The notes under the pieces are model-generated. The model was not told where the DNA came from, searched no databases, and saw only the letters and a list, made by a program, of their open reading frames with translations. Shown in pieces: positions 59,509 through 64,000 of a DNA stretch of 64,000 nucleotides. Source of the stretch: a virus. Made by a program: the position numbers and the translations under genes. The stretch's first letter is position 1; every line of letters begins with the position of its first letter. Where the stretch lies: IMG/VR virus record IMGVR_UViG_3300029825_000749, positions 253-64,252 of that record; one strand, given 5' to 3'.

Positions 59509-62055
59509 TTGACTAATTGTGATAAAAAATATACTTATATTCAAAGTGAGAATTTTGGTAATCGTAGAAAAGTAACAAGCAAACTCCTTCAAACCTATGC
59601 TGAAAACGATACATGGTTAAAAGAAGAAATTGAGAAATTATGGGATAGTACAGACCCTGAAAATCGTCACGTATTCCACCCACCCCTTGTTGATCCAAAT
59701 CTTAGTTATGGTGTAATACCAAATGGAAGTGATGCCTATAGTTTCAGTAATAACACTCAATGGACTGGTAGTACAGATTTTAAAAACTACCTCTCCATTG
59801 ATACTATTAAAACTGATGCTTATATTAACCTTGAATCAGGGGTGGCTACACTTAGACCTGTGCAAGATGAAGATGTAAGTAGTGTTGAGTTTCAAGGACC
59901 ATGGCCTACCGGTATAAGTGGATGTAATGAACACTGGTATATTAGTTACAATAGGAGTAAAACTTATGAAGCTAAGGATGATTGGATAAAAAATCAGGAT
60001 AATGTGGAAATACCCTGCACATCCAGGGCTCAAACCTTTAATACTGGTGATGTTGAAGGATACTTGGAAACTTTAAACCTTAATCTTATCGGTACCAGTA
60101 AAGCAGAATACCCACTTATAATTGAAGTTAGGGATGCAACGATGAAGAGTGTTTTAGCTAGGGCTGAGTGGAAACCTGAAACTACAAGTTTTGGTGGAAT
60201 CGTAAGTATAATATTTAAAGATCCAGCCAAACTAGAAAAAAACACCACATATTCATTTACTCTTAGAAGCCCATTAACAAGTTACAATAACCATTACAGT
60301 ATTGGGGGATGGAGTAAACCCTGCTTCGACACCACTAAAAAAGACACCACAGGAACAATAATCACCCCATACACTAAGGGACAAGCATATTTATCGGAGA
60401 ATAATTTTGCAAGTACTATAAGTTTTGGAAAAAGTGAAAAGTTAGATTATCATGAGGGTCAGAATGCTCCAGTAGATTTCGCATTCCAATGTATCATCAG
60501 ACCCAGCATACACTACACAGCTAATACTACTGAGTATGTGTACTTTAAACCTCAAGAAATGAATCCCATCATTGATACTTATCTTGTAGATCCAGTTTAT
60601 TCAGAGTTTGCAAGTACGAATGTTACTTTTGAGGTTTCAAGTACAGGTAAAGAGAATAGTTGGAAAACTTTAAACAAGGATAATGCAGGTGCAATACAAT
60701 GGGAAAGTAAATATGGAATCACACCAACCAGAATATTCCTACGTATAGGTTTACAAACAACTAACACTACTATTACTCCAATGGTGGATTATTTAAGATT
60801 ACTTTGTCATACTAAACCTGCATTAGAGGGAAGGATTAGGACTTATCCTTGGTGTCCTGAAAAACGTGACATCCTCGGAGCATCCTGCTGGAGCCGGATA
60901 GATGCACCTTACTACTTTGACCCTGGAACCTTCGATGCAACTGGTAATTCAGTAGCTCCACAAATTGATGGAGAAGATGCAGTAGATATAAAAATAGATA
61001 TAGTAAGAGACAAGGTAAACATTGAAAGATTTAAAATAATAGACATTTCAGATTTATCCTCATATTTTACTAATCCAGAACTAATAACTGCATTCCTGAA
61101 TAAGGTTTATGGTAAAAGTTTTGATTATAGTAATCCTGAGGATGCAAAAACTATAACAGATTATATTAATACTTTGATTTCTGAATTGAAGGAGATTACT
61201 GCTGATGAAACTACAATTTATGATACAAGTAAGATTCAAGAATGGGTAGGTGGAACCAGTAATAGTAAAGATATAAATGGTGATTACACAAAAACAGAAG
61301 GAAAAGATTTTATTGAATACCTTAAAAGTTTAAGTATATATTTAACTGCAGATTCCAGTACTTTTAAATTTAATCAATCACCTGCATATCCTATCATTAA
61401 TGTAAGCTACCAATCAAATACTGAAAATAGTAGTATTGAAAACTTAACCGAGTTTGTAAATTACCACATAGATTATGATAAAGACACCATCACCTTCATC
61501 AATGAAGACAATACAACAAGGAATATTAGTGCTGGTACAATTACTTTAGAATACAATCCATTATTTGTTAAAGGATTAAACACTTACAGTCTACCTTTAG
61601 CTTTAGATTTATTTATTGAAAACTTCACCATCGGCGACACCACAAACAGTAAACTAACAGTAAATGATTCAGGGGATAGTGTTTACTCTTTAGCAGTAGA
61701 ACCATTAAATGCAATACGGAAGATTGTAGTTAATCCAGAAACCAACAATGAAATAGAATTAATAGAAAACTTAGACTACAATGTAGATTACCAAAACCGA
61801 TTAGTAACCCTCCATCCTGTAAGGACAATAAATAGAACAGTACAAAAGGTAAGTGAAACTGAAGACAATACGGAATGTCCATATAAAGTAATTGTAGAAA
61901 GTAACACTACAGTATTAAACAGTGATGATAATGTGGAAATCCATTACACCCCATACCTTCCAGATAATGGATTGAGCATAGTATACCGACTCAAACGTTA
62001 TAGTAAGGATTATGATGTGATAATTCAACCTAATTATTTACAATACAGAATCTAA
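59509..62055 (+). CDS. Large virion structural protein (beta-sandwich, carbohydrate-binding-like domains)
   Basis: 848 aa beta-rich; SRAQTF, YPLIIEVR, FEVSSTG...W patterns. Confidence 0.55.
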   Translation: MTNCDKKYTYIQSENFGNRRKVTSKLLQTYAENDTWLKEEIEKLWDSTDPENRHVFHPPLVDPNLSYGVIPNGSDAYSFSNNTQWTGSTDFKNYLSIDTIKTDAYINLESGVATLRPVQDEDVSSVEFQGPWPTGISGCNEHWYISYNRSKTYEAKDDWIKNQDNVEIPCTSRAQTFNTGDVEGYLETLNLNLIGTSKAEYPLIIEVRDATMKSVLARAEWKPETTSFGGIVSIIFKDPAKLEKNTTYSFTLRSPLTSYNNHYSIGGWSKPCFDTTKKDTTGTIITPYTKGQAYLSENNFASTISFGKSEKLDYHEGQNAPVDFAFQCIIRPSIHYTANTTEYVYFKPQEMNPIIDTYLVDPVYSEFASTNVTFEVSSTGKENSWKTLNKDNAGAIQWESKYGITPTRIFLRIGLQTTNTTITPMVDYLRLLCHTKPALEGRIRTYPWCPEKRDILGASCWSRIDAPYYFDPGTFDATGNSVAPQIDGEDAVDIKIDIVRDKVNIERFKIIDISDLSSYFTNPELITAFLNKVYGKSFDYSNPEDAKTITDYINTLISELKEITADETTIYDTSKIQEWVGGTSNSKDINGDYTKTEGKDFIEYLKSLSIYLTADSSTFKFNQSPAYPIINVSYQSNTENSSIENLTEFVNYHIDYDKDTITFINEDNTTRNISAGTITLEYNPLFVKGLNTYSLPLALDLFIENFTIGDTTNSKLTVNDSGDSVYSLAVEPLNAIRKIVVNPETNNEIELIENLDYNVDYQNRLVTLHPVRTINRTVQKVSETEDNTECPYKVIVESNTTVLNSDDNVEIHYTPYLPDNGLSIVYRLKRYSKDYDVIIQPNYLQYRI

Positions 62056-62058
62056 AAA

Positions 62059-63933
62059 GTGACAGATGAATTATTTTTTTTCGAAAAATTTATGATAGAA
62101 ACAAAGAACAAGAAACAAGAAACAGTAGGAATACAAGTAGATGAATTAAATAATTTGATTAGTAATGGTAATCAGAGTAATGCGAATATGATGCATAATC
62201 CTGAAACCATCCACAAGTATGTGGCAGATGCAAGCCTCCGACAATACACATTACAGCACTTATTACCATCTCATTTAGCACAAGCACACTTAAAAGGAGA
62301 TATCCACATTCACGACCTTGAATACTTCGCTCCGAGGGGACTTAACTGCTGCCAACATGATATAAGAGCTTTTATTAAGCATGGATTAAGAGTAGATGGC
62401 AGTGGTGATCATACTAGTGTTGCAGGTGCTCCATCACATATGGAAACCTTAATGAATCATACTGGTGAAGTGATGTTAGCCTCTCAACAGAATATGAGTG
62501 GTGGACAAGCAATGAGCCTATGGAATGTATTTGTAGCACCATTTGCTACAGGTAGATCTTATGAGGAAGTGAAACAGTGTGTGCAAATGTTAATCTATAA
62601 TTTGAATATGGCTTATGCTGCTCGTGGATCTCAGGTACCTTTTACAAGTATGCAATTAGAATTCGGAGTACCGAAATTCTTAGATGATGTAACTGCATAT
62701 GGACCCAATGGATTAAAAGTTGGAACATATGGAGATTTCGAAGATGAAGCACGAATGATTACTAGAGCTTTTACTGAAATCCTCTTACAAGGTGATGCAG
62801 AAGGAAAACCTCACCTCTTCCCAAACACCATCTACACCTTAAGACCTGAAACATATAAAGGAGATTACGTTGAAGATTTAAGATTAGTCCATGAATTAAG
62901 TGCAAAATACGGTTCATCCTACTTTGTAAATATGTTTCCAGATTATAGGGGAAATATGGCTAATTATATGGGGTGCAGAACATCTTTAAATGATAACTGG
63001 ACAGGTGACTGGGAAACCGATTGCCTGCGTACAGGAAATCTTGCATACTGTACAATGAACCTACCAAGAATGGGATACATTGCACAAAAAGATGAGGATT
63101 TAATCTTTGAAGAATTAGATGCTAAGATGAGTTTAATCCAAGAAATCCTAATGATAAGAAGAAACCACACCCTTAAATGTTTAAATGAGTATAAAATCTT
63201 CCCTTTCCTTTCACAGGATTATGAAGGAGAACAATACTACCAAATAGATAATGCAACACTATCATTCGGTTTTAATGGATTAAACGAAATGCTACTAAGC
63301 TTATTTGGTGCCGGTATAGAAGACCCTGACAGTAACCGGTTTGGAATTAAAGTCATCAAATACATTAATGACCATGCACACAACCTACAAAGTGAAACAG
63401 GTTTAAGATGGAGTACAATACAAACACCAGCAGAATCAACAGCATACAGATTTGCAAGTTTAGATCATGAAATGTATCCCGACCAAGTAATCAGTAATGG
63501 AGTACCAGGAGCCTATTATTACACTAATAGTAGTCATGTGCCAGTAGATACCAACAAGAGCATAATAAGTAAGATTAGAACTGAGGAACCTTATCATAAA
63601 TACACATTAGGTGGACATATTTTCCATGCTTTCATGGGTGAATCCTACAGTGACCCAGATAGTCTTATGAGTTTAACTGAAAAGATTGCTAAAAATAGTG
63701 ATATAGGATTCTGGGCATACAGTAGTGCTTTAAGTTTTTGTTTAAAATGTAAAACATTAATGAAAGGTTTAAACAATAAATGTCCAAACTGTGGAGAAAC
63801 TGATGAAGTTGAATGGTATGATCGTATTACAGGGTATGTTCAACAAGTAGGCCATGCACAATCTAGTAATGGTGGATGGAATGCTGGTAAAAAACAAGAA
63901 CTAAAGGATCGTAGAAGATTTCAACAAAAATAA
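62059..63933 (+). CDS. nrdD: Anaerobic (class III) ribonucleoside-triphosphate reductase, no ATP cone
   Basis: GDIHIHDL, NCCQHD, YMGCRT, CLKC..CPNCG zinc site, glycyl-radical loop RITGY. Confidence 0.95.
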   Translation: MTDELFFFEKFMIETKNKKQETVGIQVDELNNLISNGNQSNANMMHNPETIHKYVADASLRQYTLQHLLPSHLAQAHLKGDIHIHDLEYFAPRGLNCCQHDIRAFIKHGLRVDGSGDHTSVAGAPSHMETLMNHTGEVMLASQQNMSGGQAMSLWNVFVAPFATGRSYEEVKQCVQMLIYNLNMAYAARGSQVPFTSMQLEFGVPKFLDDVTAYGPNGLKVGTYGDFEDEARMITRAFTEILLQGDAEGKPHLFPNTIYTLRPETYKGDYVEDLRLVHELSAKYGSSYFVNMFPDYRGNMANYMGCRTSLNDNWTGDWETDCLRTGNLAYCTMNLPRMGYIAQKDEDLIFEELDAKMSLIQEILMIRRNHTLKCLNEYKIFPFLSQDYEGEQYYQIDNATLSFGFNGLNEMLLSLFGAGIEDPDSNRFGIKVIKYINDHAHNLQSETGLRWSTIQTPAESTAYRFASLDHEMYPDQVISNGVPGAYYYTNSSHVPVDTNKSIISKIRTEEPYHKYTLGGHIFHAFMGESYSDPDSLMSLTEKIAKNSDIGFWAYSSALSFCLKCKTLMKGLNNKCPNCGETDEVEWYDRITGYVQQVGHAQSSNGGWNAGKKQELKDRRRFQQK

Positions 63934-64000
63934 AAAAAATTGGAGGATTAAAACTAAATTATGAGTACAGATATAAGTAAAAGCACAAGTAGAATAACAT

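Noticed and set aside
46318-62055. Diversity-generating retroelement acting on the fibres
   Set aside because: No reverse transcriptase and no TR/VR pair differing only at adenines were found in the window.
560-63170. Many short antisense or alternate-frame ORFs in the supplied track (for example 560..775, 9248..9691, 23938..24279, 31627..31902, 40982..41767, 43274..43693)
   Set aside because: They are shadows of well-supported genes on the other strand or frame, with no motifs or RBS.
1-64000. CRISPR mini-array, IS element or integrase/att site
   Set aside because: No regularly spaced repeat-spacer units, transposase or tyrosine/serine recombinase motifs were seen.

Overview
This window is part of an AT-rich tailed dsDNA virus or provirus (Caudoviricetes, myovirus-type: tail sheath, tube, tape measure, baseplate J). 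Archaeal-type PCNA, ERCC4 nuclease, TFB-like pieces, a methanogen-type NrdD and a probable pseudomurein peptidase point to a methanogen host in the Methanobacteriales. Order: C5 methyltransferase and small regulators on the minus strand (1-1732); replication/early module (SSAP-like protein, Prim-Pol/helicase, symmetric ori, AP2, ERCC4, ASCH, DinG-like helicase, PCNA, metallophosphoesterase); TFB-like pair; holin-like gene; packaging and head; contractile tail; baseplate with a tRNA/regulator island and a HEAT-repeat gene inserted; Ig-rich fibres; an N4-C-type methyltransferase; and NrdD. No integrase, DNA polymerase, CRISPR array or reverse transcriptase was seen. Most notable, all read directly from the sequence: (1) a start-less Ig-like frame fused to the capsid gene by a predicted +1 frameshift at CCC-UGA; (2) a tail chaperone G/GT pair that needs a +1 rather than -1 shift; (3) a baseplate hub gene apparently split into four ORFs, two sharing a conserved basic N-terminal module; (4) a circularly permuted tRNA-like RNA with a UACG-capped acceptor stem behind tRNA-Leu; (5) an apparently split TFB just before the late genes; (6) a decayed second primase fragment in the tail island. 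Family assignments come from motif recognition only; no searches were run.
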